Assembly: GCF_009914755.1 (NCBI RefSeq)
Contig: NC_060932.1
Direction: 5' to 3' (one strand)
Length of the DNA stretch: 64,000 nt
Origin: the human T2T-CHM13v2.0 reference genome, Homo sapiens
Made by a program: the position numbers and the translations under genes. The notes below the pieces were generated by a model. The model was not told the origin of the DNA. It did not search any database and saw only the letters and a program-made list of their open reading frames with translations. Within the stretch, counting starts at the first letter, position 1. Each line of letters opens with the position of its first letter. Below, piece after piece: positions 1 to 11,400 of the stretch.

Positions 1-292
1 GCTGAGCGGCGCGGAGGCTGCAGCGTTCCCTCTCAGGACAGAAAGCAGGCGTTGGGGACTGCTACTCGCAGCCTGCCAGGGGCAGCAGCCGCCCCAGGTT
101 CAAGTGGCTATGTGCCAGGATACTCAGGCGCGGCTGTTGGCTGCCCATGGGAGAGCCAGTGCTCTCCGCAGGTCCAAAGTGCAAGGCCGGGCTATTCCCG
201 GACTTGCCTAGGAGCAGGGGCCCCCAGCGCGTCTGGGATTGCCCCGGCGCGTCGGGCGCGCGAACTTGTGCGCAAGGGAGAAGAGCGCTTAC
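1..292 (-). other. IL7: Start of IL7 intron 1
   Basis: Lies downstream of the GTAAGC donor on the minus strand and is CpG-rich. Confidence 0.9.
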
Positions 293-302
293 CATGGAAC
301 AT
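293..302 (-). CDS. IL7: IL7 exon 1 coding part (ATG TTC CAT G; M-F-H-V, start of signal peptide); the rest of the gene lies left of the window
   Basis: The minus strand reads CAGACC-ATGTTCCATG|GTAAGC, with a canonical donor at 292-287. The peptide start and the upstream UTR match the human IL7 mRNA as I recall it (MFHVSFRY...). Confidence 0.95.
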
Positions 303-843
303 GGTCTGCGGGAGGCGGGCGTAGTCATGATGACCGCAACTGGAGCAGGAGCAAGCTCTCACCGCCCATAGTCACTCCCAGGACCCTGGTCTTCCGCGGA
401 GTTGCCGAGTCTGTGTTGGGCAGGGTGATCTCTGCAGCTGGTTCCTCTTACCCACGCCGCGACTGCAGTTTCATCCATCCCAAGGGGGGCGGCACACACT
501 ACGGCGTGGCTCTGCGCTTTGCCTTTTCCATAACTTCCGTAGGATCCGCCAGCAGTGTACTTTCAGTTTCTACTTTGCGCTTGGTCTGCAGGTTCAATCT
601 TTGGGATCATCAGCATGGAATCTTCATTATCCCCTCTCTCCTGGGCACCTGCTTCCCGCGCACCTGGATGAGGACCAGAGGAATTCGCGAATTTCCGAAT
701 CACCGCAGGAAAAACCAGCTGGCCTGAATCAAAGCAATTCTGGGTAAAAGACTTCCCAGATGATCTCTCAACGCCTTGGCAACGCTTGGCGACTGGGAGC
801 TAGAACCATGAGTTGTTAATGTGTGCACGGAAGCCACAAGTGT
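303..843 (-). other. IL7: IL7 5'UTR (exon 1), with nine upstream ATGs; the 5' end is heterogeneous (about 843-904, or further downstream)
   Basis: Recognised leader sequence ACACTTGTGGCTTCCGTGCACAC... Minus-strand ATGs begin at 809, 627, 616, 610, 531, 478, 474, 369 and 328. Confidence 0.88.
559..571 (-). promoter_or_regulatory. IRF element / ISRE (AGAAACTGAAAGT)
   Basis: Matches GAAANNGAAA and lies about 257-269 bp upstream of the IL7 ATG, consistent with the known IRF1/IRF2-responsive IL7 element. Confidence 0.85.
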
Positions 844-1340
844 GCAGGACGCAAGCTGGGTTATTGGAAGCGGACGACACCAAGGAGGCGTTGCCGCGGA
901 TGTGGTGGACGATGCCAAGTCGTCTTTTAAAAAAGGAAGTGAAGAATGATTAAGAGGGTCACGCCCTCTACCACTCCAACCTCTCTAATCAGTCTCTTTC
1001 TGCTCCGTCTGCTGTACATGCACCTGCTCAGGTGAGACCTCAAGGAAAAATAATCCTGTGGGTCCACCTAATCTGGTAAGTGTTGTATTTGGAAAATCAA
1101 ACCCCAAATTAAACGCAGGACGTGGAAACTGACGATAATATTTAACTATTACTTCCACGTGCACATTTATCTGAATTGGCTAATAAATCAAACTATTCGT
1201 CTTGAATGCATGCCACTGAAATGTTAACTTTTTCCTGGGCTTGAATTATGTAGCTTATTTGCTACATTAGTTTGGTTTCTGCTATTCTGCAGAAACCCTG
1301 CTTAGATGAAGGTGGATAATGTAAACCAGTAACAACAGCG

Positions 1341-1540
1341 ATAATAATAACGACTATCATTTATCTAGCATTTGCTCTCTGCCAGTTTTGTGCTAAGCAT
1401 TTTATGTATATCATCTCATGCAAAACTTTGTGTGAGGTAGACCATTTTCTTATCTGCACTTTACAGATGTGGGGACTGAGACTTCCTTAAGTAACTTTCC
1501 AAATTTCACTTAGCTAACTGAGCTTAGACACAGACTTGCT
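1341..1540 (-). mobile_element. MIR SINE
   Basis: Reverse MIR core: tgtgctaagcatttt...tttacagatgtggggactgag...aagtaacttt. Confidence 0.75.
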
Positions 1541-1859
1541 GCATTTGGGCTGTAGAAACTCCTGCTTGGAACTCCTGTGAATAAAGTAATAATGTGCACA
1601 CTGATGCCGGGAGGGAGATGACAGTACGTGTGTGGCTTTGCCCCAGTGTGGGGACTTCAGGAAAGTTTCCTGGAGTCTGTGACTTCTAAACTGACACTTG
1701 AAGAGGAATGAACTTGGGGCTGGTCAGGAGTATGTCACATTCTGCTATAGCGTGAACAAGGAAGAGGAGGGAAGGAGAAAGGAAAAAAAAGGATGGCAAT
1801 GAACTAGGGAGAACAGAGTTGCTCAAGCCTGAAACTTGGGTCTCTGATTCCTTTTTTGG

Positions 1860-2215
1860 TCTCATTTCCCACATCAAATCCATAGACAAGTCCTGTCTGC
1901 CCCACCTCCAAAATTAACCCTAAGGTGACTATAGAGACTGTCTAAGGGATCTTCCAGCTTTCACTTTTGCCCACAACCCCTTCATTCTTCTCAGAGCAGC
2001 AGGATATCTGATTCTATTTTGTGCCCCACCTTCTGGTCACTTCCCACTGGGTACCAGGCCCTCAGTGCCCTGGTGATCTGGGCCCCACTGCCCTCTCTGA
2101 CGTTTCGTGGTACCACATCACTATCCTCCAGCCACAATGGCCTTTCTCTTCCTGCCCAGCGTCCACTTACTATGGTCTCTAGCCCATGGCTGGCATTCAG
2201 TAAGTACTGGGGGGT
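1860..2215 (+). mobile_element. L2 3' fragment
   Basis: cccacatcaaatccat...ggctggcattcagtaagtact resembles the L2 3' end. Confidence 0.5.
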
Positions 2216-2475
2216 GACAGAGTAAGAGAGAACAGGTGAGTGGGAATGCATCAGTGAATATGTGTGAAAGAGAAAGTTCATGAAAGCAGAAGGAAATAGA
2301 ATGAAAGAGGAAGCGAAGGGGGTAAGCAAATGGAAAAGAGAGACAGAATGGAGTGAGAAAAGCCACATATTTCCATTTGACTGGAACCTAGAGTGGGAGG
2401 TGGGGAGGAGGACAGACATGACACTGGAGTGAGTTTTAAAAATGATTTCTATAATGAAACACGCCTAGGTTGGGG

Positions 2476-2477
2476 AT

Positions 2478-2512
<35 letters not shown>

Positions 2513-2515
2513 TTT
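2476..2515. repeat. (ATTT)n microsatellite, about 10 units
   Basis: Directly visible. Confidence 0.95.
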
Positions 2516-3519
2516 TAAATCCCTGACAGCAGTATTGAAGTATGTAACTGTTCATAGCCTGCACCTTTTTCTTTTTTTAACTTTCCAGGAACAAAGTAAA
2601 AGAGCATCCATCAATACTTTGCACAAAAGGAAATCCGTCTTCCTTTTATCACAATCACCATAAATCCAGGCAGAATAAGGGTTGTACATATCTGAACTTT
2701 TGGGAAGCATGAAAGGAAGTTATTCAGAGCTGCAGGAGAGGCAATGTAAATGTTACACTGGATTCTGCCCCCAACTATAAAGAATCTTTCTGAAGAGAAT
2801 ATTCATAAAGCTTTGGGAATTGTTAGGGTTATATGAAATGGGCACATTCTAACAACATCAAGTAATGATTTTTTTTTTCTGTCTGTGAGATAATTAATAC
2901 CATTTAGAAAAAATCCAAAATGAAGTCTTAAATTAGCTTTTGATATTTTGATAAACTGAATATTATTTTTTATAAGATAGATGGACAAGAATAAAATGTT
3001 TATAAATTTTTAAAATGCTAATGTTTTATGATTAAAGAAATGGAATGGTTACTATTATGTTTGCTCATAGACTCAATGAACTGGACAGAAAAGCCTTTAA
3101 GGGAGAAAATAGTAAATACATTTTATGAATTATGGTAAATAAATTTTAAAAGAGAAGACAACATTCTCAGAATGATCAATATAATGTATTAGAAGAAGTT
3201 CAAATAAAATTATATGATGTCAATTTAAAGAGAAAATTATTGAACATTAACCAATATCTTTTAATGTTCTACAGTCTTCAGTCAGAATAGTCAATTATTG
3301 TAAACCAGAAAATATTTTTTGATTAATATCTGAACTATTTTTACCCAACTTAATATGACTACTTTTTGTAGTCTGTGATATGAATTCTATCTATCATTCT
3401 ATCTATGGGTAGTATGAAGTTCTTTTTATTTAACTTTCCAGTAATAACATTCAACATATTTAAAACACACACACAGCGCCACACAGCCAACATTATGGAT
3501 ATATGATCTGTGTAATTGG

Positions 3520-3640
3520 CACAGGGCCTTGTACTTCATTTGATGCTCTGCTGTCACTGTATTGAAATTCCTCATTTTTAGATAAAGGGACTCTTATTTT
3601 CATTTTGCACTGGGTTTCAAAATTCTATAATGGTCATGCA
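3520..3640 (+). mobile_element. MER91-like hAT MITE
   Basis: cagggcc...tgatgctctgctgtcac...ttgaaattc...ttttcattttgcactggg resembles MER91A. Confidence 0.55.
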
Positions 3641-4254
3641 CACTCACACATGTTAAGTTACACATTGTGGATAGCAGTGTATGTCTTTGAGGTGATTTCA
3701 GTTTGGTGGGAAAAACAGATGTTAAATATCTAATTTCAAAGATGAAAAATATTATTAAAAGAGAAACATGATATATTATTTGAATCAGAAGTTTAAAGTA
3801 GTATAGGCCCATTTTCATAGTTAAATGAGGATCAATAAAGGTTAATTTACCTGTCCAATAAACAAGCAGCTATGAGAGGATGACCTGTAATTTGATAAAA
3901 TTTAAATTTTACCAAATGACTAATGAGTGTCTATTTACATGGTCATGGTTTTTTTGCTGAATTCCTAAATAAACCATAAATTTAACATAATGCAACGTTC
4001 AAATTGGTAATATTTAACCTAGAATTTTACAGTTATAGTCATAATTGGGTTATGTTTATTTTTAATTTTATATTCAACTGATACTGGGCTAGTTTTGTCC
4101 AGTTATGCTAGTTTCATAAAATAAATTGGAAATTCTATTGTTTTCTAAAACTGTCAACTGTTAAACATGTGAACTATTTGTTTCTGGCAGACTTACTAGA
4201 GTTCAACAATAAAACTTACTTGATTCCGTGGATGAAGCCCAGGAATAGGACGAG

Positions 4255-4900
4255 ACTGTCAGTTTTGAGCATTACAAGTGAGAAAATGAAGGAGGGTTTA
4301 TTTTGAAGGCTGAATCAAAATAGCCATGTCAGACTGTCAGAACTTTGCTGGAGATGGGTATGTTAGCATATCAGTGATGGCCAGAGCCATGGAAATGAAT
4401 GCAATTACTCAACCTGCATGTTAGAAGACAGAAGAGAGAACTAATGCTAGCAGGAATCTTGAGGCATGAGCAACCCTAAAAAGTAGCTGGAGAAAGGGGT
4501 GCCCATCAACAAAACAGACGAATACATAGTAGGCAGCAAAGTGGGAAAGTCAGAAGTCAGTGTCTCAGAAGGCAACGGAAAATAGAATTTCAAGATAGAG
4601 TAAGTAGCCAGTATTTCCAAATGTCACAAAGAGGTTGAATAAGATAGAGACTGAAAAGTGTGTCTATTAAATTTGGCAGAGCAGAGATTGTCCATGATCC
4701 TCATGGCAACAGTTTGAGAAGAGCAGTGTAGATGCAAATATACTAGCTTGCAGGGGTTGAGAGAAGAAAGAAATAAAGTAAGAGAATATAACTTTTACAA
4801 AATGTTTGGTAATAATAAAAGGGATAGGGTAATGATTTGAAAGGCATGGAAGTTTTTATTTTCAATTATTAGAAACACTTGAGCATATTTATATATTAAT
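4255..4900 (-). mobile_element. L2 fragment
   Basis: Purine-rich L2 antisense motifs such as ataagatagagactgaaaag...ttaaatttggca. Confidence 0.55.
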
Positions 4901-5266
4901 GGATAAAATTAGGTTCTGCAGAACGGGGAAAGCATGGAACCAAGAAACCCAAGATACTCTGTTGATTTCTTTTCTTATTTTCTCTCCATTTCTCCCTCCT
5001 CTTTAATTTCAGTCCCAAAATTCTATAATTCTAAACAATCAGAATCCACTCTCTATCTGGGGTCTAAATTTATGTTCCTTACTGAAATGTTCCCATCGGC
5101 ACTCATCTAATTCTGGATTGAGTATTGGCTTGTCTAAGAAAGAAGTCTAATATTTCCCAAATCGCCTTTCAGAGAGGGCCGCTGTAGCTTTTACATAGAT
5201 TTGCATTATCCAATCCCTTTATATGCTAATGTTGCATTGTTGGCAATCAGGGCTTTCTTTTATATA

Positions 5267-5999
5267 CAGTCTTGCATCATTTAACAATATATTCCGAGAA
5301 ATGATAAATTAACCTTTGCTTACTCTAACTATTTTTACTTTATAAACTTTTATTTTTTTCCAACTTTTTGACTCTTGTCATAACATTTAGCTTAAAACAC
5401 AAACACATTGTACAGCTGTTGAAAATATTTTCTTTCTTTATATCCTTATTCTATATGCTTTTTTCTTACTTTTTAAACTTTTTTTGTTAGAAACTAAGAC
5501 ACAAACACACATATTAGCTTAGGCCTACACGGGGTCAGGATCATCATCACTGTCTTCCATCTCCACATCTTGTCCCACTGGAAGGTGTTCAGGGACAATA
5601 ACATGCATGGAGCTGTCATTTCCTATGATAGCAATGCCTTCTCCTGGAATACCTCTTGAAGGAGCTGCCCCGGGCTGTTTTACTGTTAACTTTTTTTTTA
5701 ATAAGTAGAAGGAGTACAATCTAAAATAATGATAAAAGTATAGTAAAAGCATAAACCAATAACATAATTGTTTATTATCAGGTGTTGGGTGCTGTACAGT
5801 ATTGCATGTGGTATACTTTTATAGGACTGGCAGTGCAGTAGGTTTGTTTATGTCAGCATCACCACAAACACATGAGTAATTGGTTGTGCTAAGTTGTTAC
5901 AATGGCTACAATGTCACTAGGTGACAGACATTTTTCAACTCCATTGTAATCTTAGACCACTGTCCTGCAGGCAGTTCTTTGTTATACAGTGCATAACTG
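5267..5999. mobile_element. Tigger3b (Golem/MER7-type) DNA transposon
   Basis: Termini CAGTCTTGCATCATTTAAC and GTTATACAGTGCATAACTG are flanked by TA. Internal ggcctacacggggtcaggatcatc is typical. Confidence 0.8.
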
Positions 6000-6437
6000 T
6001 ACTAGATTTTGGAGGGACTATGCTTTCAACCACTGCCTTTATAGAAGATTAATTAGAAAAGAATACACCTACAACAAATTTCTTCATGCAAACTGAAAAA
6101 AATGTAAACATATTTTGTTTAAATCACTGGATAGATTCCCTTTATATGATCCAGTTACTATATGAAGATGTCAACTTGTTCTTATGAGCTCTTGGAGAGC
6201 AGTTACTATCTTTTTCAACCTGGAATTCTCTGTAGTCAACAGAATACGTTTCAGTTTACAAATTCTACCCATGTATGACTTGTGGAAAAGGGAGACATCA
6301 GACTGCACAAGTCTTGACTCGCTGTTATTACACAGAACCATATCTGAGCGAACTTGTGTTCACATCCAAGAATGTTACAAAACCAACTACTGATTGATAT
6401 TGATATATCTAAAGTTGTGACAAGCTTGTTAAAATTT

Positions 6438-6672
6438 TAATATTTAATATAGATTTAGACTTCTTTTCCTAATATGGAAGGCTGTCTAATATGGAAGCCT
6501 TCTAATATTTAATATAGATTTTAGACTTCTTTTCCTAATATGGAAGTCTTCCTAATATGGAAGGCTGTCTTGTTGAAATCCTTTTATTTTTAGATTAGAA
6601 ATTAATCCAATCTACCTTTCCTTCAGGCAAGCCAGGTTTGATGCAAGCCAGGTTTGGTTCAAGCCAGGTTTG
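6438..6672. repeat. Local tandem duplications: a 65-bp-period duplication and (CAAGCCAGGTTTG) x3
   Basis: The 65-bp copies start at 6438 and 6503. The 13-mers start at 6628, 6644 and 6660. Confidence 0.9.
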
Positions 6673-7149
6673 TCTTTGCCTTAGACTATTATTGGACTCT
6701 TAGTACATCCATTAACTCATATACAATGTAAAATGATTAGGTTTATTGCAACAGTAATGACATCATAATCTAGAAATATAGTGTATGTCCCTGAGTTTCT
6801 GGGGTATCAGTCATTTTTCTATGTCAATAACGTGTCAATTAACTGGCATCCTACAAGCCTGGAACTACCATTAATGTTTTCTCCAAATAATTTAATATGT
6901 TATCTGGCAATGACATATATATTTCAATGAGAAAAGCACAAAAAATGAAATTTTTAAGAGACGAAAACACTAAGCCATGGAGTTTCATGTGCCAATGATT
7001 TCTTCTTCAAACCATGGAGCAGTGTGTCATCTATTTCTTGAGTAACATTTTATTAAATGTCGGCTGTATGCTTTCATTTCCTTGTTTCTTTTTCTAACAA
7101 TTCTCCACTATGTTTTACTAAAATGTTTTTCAATTATGTCTTTCTCATT

Positions 7150-10100
7150 TAATGTTTTTAATTTAATTTTACATTGACCGATAAAATTGTCTGTTTTCAA
7201 GTATATATAAATTGTGAAATGAATAATCTAGTTACCATATGCACTACCTCACATACCTATCATTTTTGTGATAAGAACACTTACCTTCACTCAGCATTTT
7301 TTAAAAATATAATATATTGTTATTAACTGTATCACCATATTGTACAGTAGATCTCTTGAACTTATTTATTCTGTCTAACTGAAATTCTATATCCTTTGAC
7401 CAACATCTCCTCAACTTCCCCTACAACCACTCCAGCTCCTGGTAACCATGGTTCTTCTCTTTATTTCTAAGAGATCAGCTTTTTTAGATTCTATGTATGA
7501 ATTAATAAGATCAGGCAGTATTTGTCCTTCTATGCCTGGCTTATGTCACTTAACATAATGTCCTCCAGGATCATCAATTTTATTGTAAACCACAGAATTG
7601 CATTCTTTTTGTGGCTGGATAGTATTCCATTGTGTATATACAACATATTTTCTTTATTCATTCATCCACTGATGGACATTTTGATTCTACATATTGGCCA
7701 TTGTGAATAATGATGCTATAAACACAAGACTGCAGATATCTATTTGAAATACTGATTTCATTTCCTTTGGATGTATACCAAGTAGTGGGATTACTGGGTC
7801 ATATGGTAGTTCTACTTTTATTTTGTTGAGAAACTTTCACACCATTTTCCATAATGGCTGTATTAATTTACATTCCTACCAACAGTGTTCAAATGTTGCC
7901 TTTAATTCACATCCTAGCTAAAGTTATTATTGTATGACTTTTTCATAATGACCTTTCTAACAGGAGTTAGGTGATGCCTCATTGTGGTTTTAGTTTGAAT
8001 TGCCCCAATGATTAGTGATGTTAAACGTTTTTTTTCATATATCTGTTGATCATTTGTATGTCTTCTTTGAGGAATGTCTGTTCAGATCCTTTGCCCATTT
8101 TTAAATCAAGTTATTCTTTTACTTGCTATTGCGTTGTTTGCATTCCTTATATATTTTGGATATTAACCTCTTAACAGATCTATCATTTACAAATATTTTC
8201 TTCCATTCTGTAGGTGTCTTCTCTCTCTGTTGTTTTGTTGTCTGTGCAGAAGGTTTTTAGTTTGATGTAGTCCTATTTTTCAATTTTTGCTTTTGTAGCC
8301 TGTGTTTTTGGAGTCATATCCAAAAAGTCATTGACCAGGTCCATGTCATGGAGTTTTTCTCCTATGTTTTCTTCTAGTAGTTTCATAGTTTCATGTCTTA
8401 CATTTAAATCTTTAATCCATTTTGAGTTAATTTTGTATATAATCTGAGATAAGAATCTAATTTCAATCTTCTGCATTTGGATATATAATTTTCCTGAAAT
8501 CATTTATTGAAGAGATTGTCTTTTCCCTGTTGTGTGTTCTTGGCTCCTTTGTCAAAAATTAGTTGGTTATAAATATGTGGATTTTTGCCTGGGGTTTCTA
8601 TTTTGTTCCATTGGTATACATTCTGTTTTTATGCCAATACCATGATGAGTTTTGGTTACTATAGCTTTGTAGCATATTTTGAAGTCAGAGAGTGTGATGC
8701 CTCTTGCTTTGCTCTCTTTGCTCAAGATGGCTTTTGCTCTTTGGTGTCCTTTGCAGTTTCATACAAATTTTAGGATTTCTTTTTGTATTTCTGTAAAGAG
8801 TGTCATTAGTGACTTGACAGAGATTGTGTTGTATGTGCAGATTGTTTTTAGTAATGTTGATATTTTAACAATGTTAATTCTTCCAACCCGTAAGGATTCA
8901 ATATATTCCCATTTATTTGTGTCTTCCTCAATTTATTTCATCAATGTTTTATAGTTTTCAGTGTAACTATCTTTCATCCCCTTGATTAAATTTAATCCTG
9001 AGTATTTAATTCCTTTTGTAGCTATTGTAAATGGGATTCTTTTCTTGATTTTTTTAGATTGTTTGCTGTTAGTGTATAAAAATAATAATGATTTTTGTAT
9101 GTTGATTTCATATCCTGCAACTTTGCTGAATTTCTTTATTAGTTCTAATATATTATATGTGTATAATTTCTGCATATAAGACCGTGTCATTTGCAAACAG
9201 AAAATTTGCCTCCTTTCTTTCCAGTTTGGATCCTTTCATTTCTTTCTTTTGCCTAATTGTTCTGGCTAGGACCTCCAGTCCTATATTAAATGGACGTGAC
9301 AAGAATAAGCATCCTTGTCATGTTCTAGATTTAGAGAAAAACCTTTCAAGTTTTCCCCACTGAGTATAATGCTAGCTGTGGTTTTGCCATATATGGCTTT
9401 AATGTATTGAGGTACATTCATTTTATACCTATGTTTTTAATGGATGTTGCATTTTTTCACTTTTTCTGCATCTATTGAAATGATCATATGGTTCTTGCCT
9501 TTAATTCTATTAATGTGATGTACCACAATTATTGATTTATGAATTTTGTACCATCCTTGCATCCCTGGGCTGAATCCTATGAGATCTTGGTGAATGACTA
9601 TTTTAAATGTACTGTTGAATTTGGTTTGCTGGTATTTTATTGAGGATTTTTTGCATCTATGTTCGTCAGGGATATTTGCCTGTAGTTTTCTCTTTTTGTA
9701 GTGTCTTCATCTGGTTTTGGTATCAGTGTAATGCTAGCCTCATAAAATGAATTTGGAAGTATTCCATCCTCCTTGTTTTCTAGAACAGTTTGAAAGAATT
9801 GGTATTAGTTCTTCTTTGAATGTTTGATAGAATTCAGCAATGATGCCACCCAGTCCTGGGTTTTTATTTGATGGGAGGCTTCTTTATTGCTGATTCAATC
9901 TCCTTACCTGTTTTTGATCTGCTAAGATTTTCTACTTCTTGATAATTGACAATCTTGGAAGGAGGTATGCATCAAGGAATTTATCCATTTTTTCTAGGTT
10001 ATTCAATTTGTTAATGTGTAATTGTTCCTAATAGCCTTGTATGATCTTTGTATTCTTGTTTTATTGGTTGCAGTGTCTCTTCTTTTTTATTTTGGATTTT

Positions 10101-11350
10101 ATTTGAGTCTTTTTTTTTTCTTACTCTCTTAAAGGTATCAATTTTGTTTGCCTATTCAAAAAAAAACCTTTGTTTATTTTTTCTAGTCTATATTTCATTT
10201 ACTTTTGTTCTAGTCTTTGTTGTTTTCTTCCTTCTCCTAACTTTGGGCTTAGTTTGTTCTTCTTTTCTGGTTCCTTGAGAGACAGTGTTAGGGTATGTAT
10301 TGGAGATCTTATGTTTTATTGCTATAAACTTCTCTCTTAAAACTGCTTTTGCTTTATTCCATAGGTTTTGGTATGTTGTGTTTTCATTTACATTTGTGTC
10401 AAGACATTTTTAATATCTCTTTTAAATTTTTCATTGACCCATTGGTTGTCCAGGAGCATGTTGCTTAATTTGCATGTGTTTGTGAATTTTCCAAAGCTCC
10501 TTTTGTTACTGATTTCTAGTTTTATGCCATTGTAGTGAGAAAATAAACTTGATACAATTTTAATATTTTAAAATGTGTTAAGACTTGTTTTCTGGCCTAA
10601 CACATCATATATCCTGAAGAATATTCTATGTGTAGTTCAGAAGAATGTGTATTTTGCAGCTGTTGGATGGAATGTTATGTATACGTTTGATAGGTCCATT
10701 TGATCTATAGTATATTGGTTAAGTGATTATTCCTCATTAATTTTCTATGTGGATGATCTCTCTGTTGCTGAAAGTGGGATGTCCCTATTATTATTGTATT
10801 GCAGTCTGTATCTACCTTAAGATCTACTAATATTTGCTTTATATATTTAGGTGCTTTGATATTGGGTGCATATGTACTTACAGTTGTTATATCTTCTTAC
10901 TGAAAATGCCATTATATAATGATGCTTTTTTGTCTCTTTTTACTAAAGAGGTCATTTATATAATGACCTGTGTAAAGAAGAGTCATTAATATAATGACCT
11001 TCTTTGTCTCTTTCTACAGTATTTTACTTAAGGTTTATTTTTATTTGATAGAGGTATAGCTACTCCTGCTCTCTTTGGATTCCATTTCCATGCGATGTCT
11101 TTTTGCATCTGTTTGCTTTTAGGTGAAGTGATCTTGTAGACACAAAATAGTTGAGTCTTTTTTTATGCATTCAGTCACTCCATATCTTTTTATTGGATAA
11201 TTTAATCAACACAATTATTAATAAGTAAAGACATTGCCATTTTCTAGTTGTTTTGTAGATCTTTTGTTCTTTCTTCCTTCCTTGCTGTCTTCTTTTGTGG
11301 CTAAGTGTTTTTCTCTAGCAACATGTTTTGACCCCTTGCTTGTGCGTGCA

Positions 11351-11400
<50 letters not shown>

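Larger units (their letters stand above)
1..965. promoter_or_regulatory. CpG island / IL7 promoter, probably bidirectional
   Basis: High GC with dense CpG/CGCG, against an AT-rich CpG-poor remainder. ETS cores (CGGAAG at 828-833 on + and 534-539 on -), AAAGGAAGTG at 932-941 and RUNX-like TGTGGT at 901-906. Confidence 0.88.

Noticed and set aside
62-328. 88-aa minus-strand ORF as a gene
   Set aside because: It is the out-of-frame IL7 uORF read through the splice donor into intron 1.
239-727. 162-aa plus-strand ORF and overlapping ORFs in the CpG island
   Set aside because: The 162-aa ORF starts at TTG rather than ATG. These are GC-rich stop-poor frames antisense to IL7 exon 1 with no recognisable domain.
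6628-6672. Regularly spaced 13-mers resembling a CRISPR array
   Set aside because: Spacers are only 3 nt, the context is eukaryotic and there are no cas genes. It is a simple tandem repeat.
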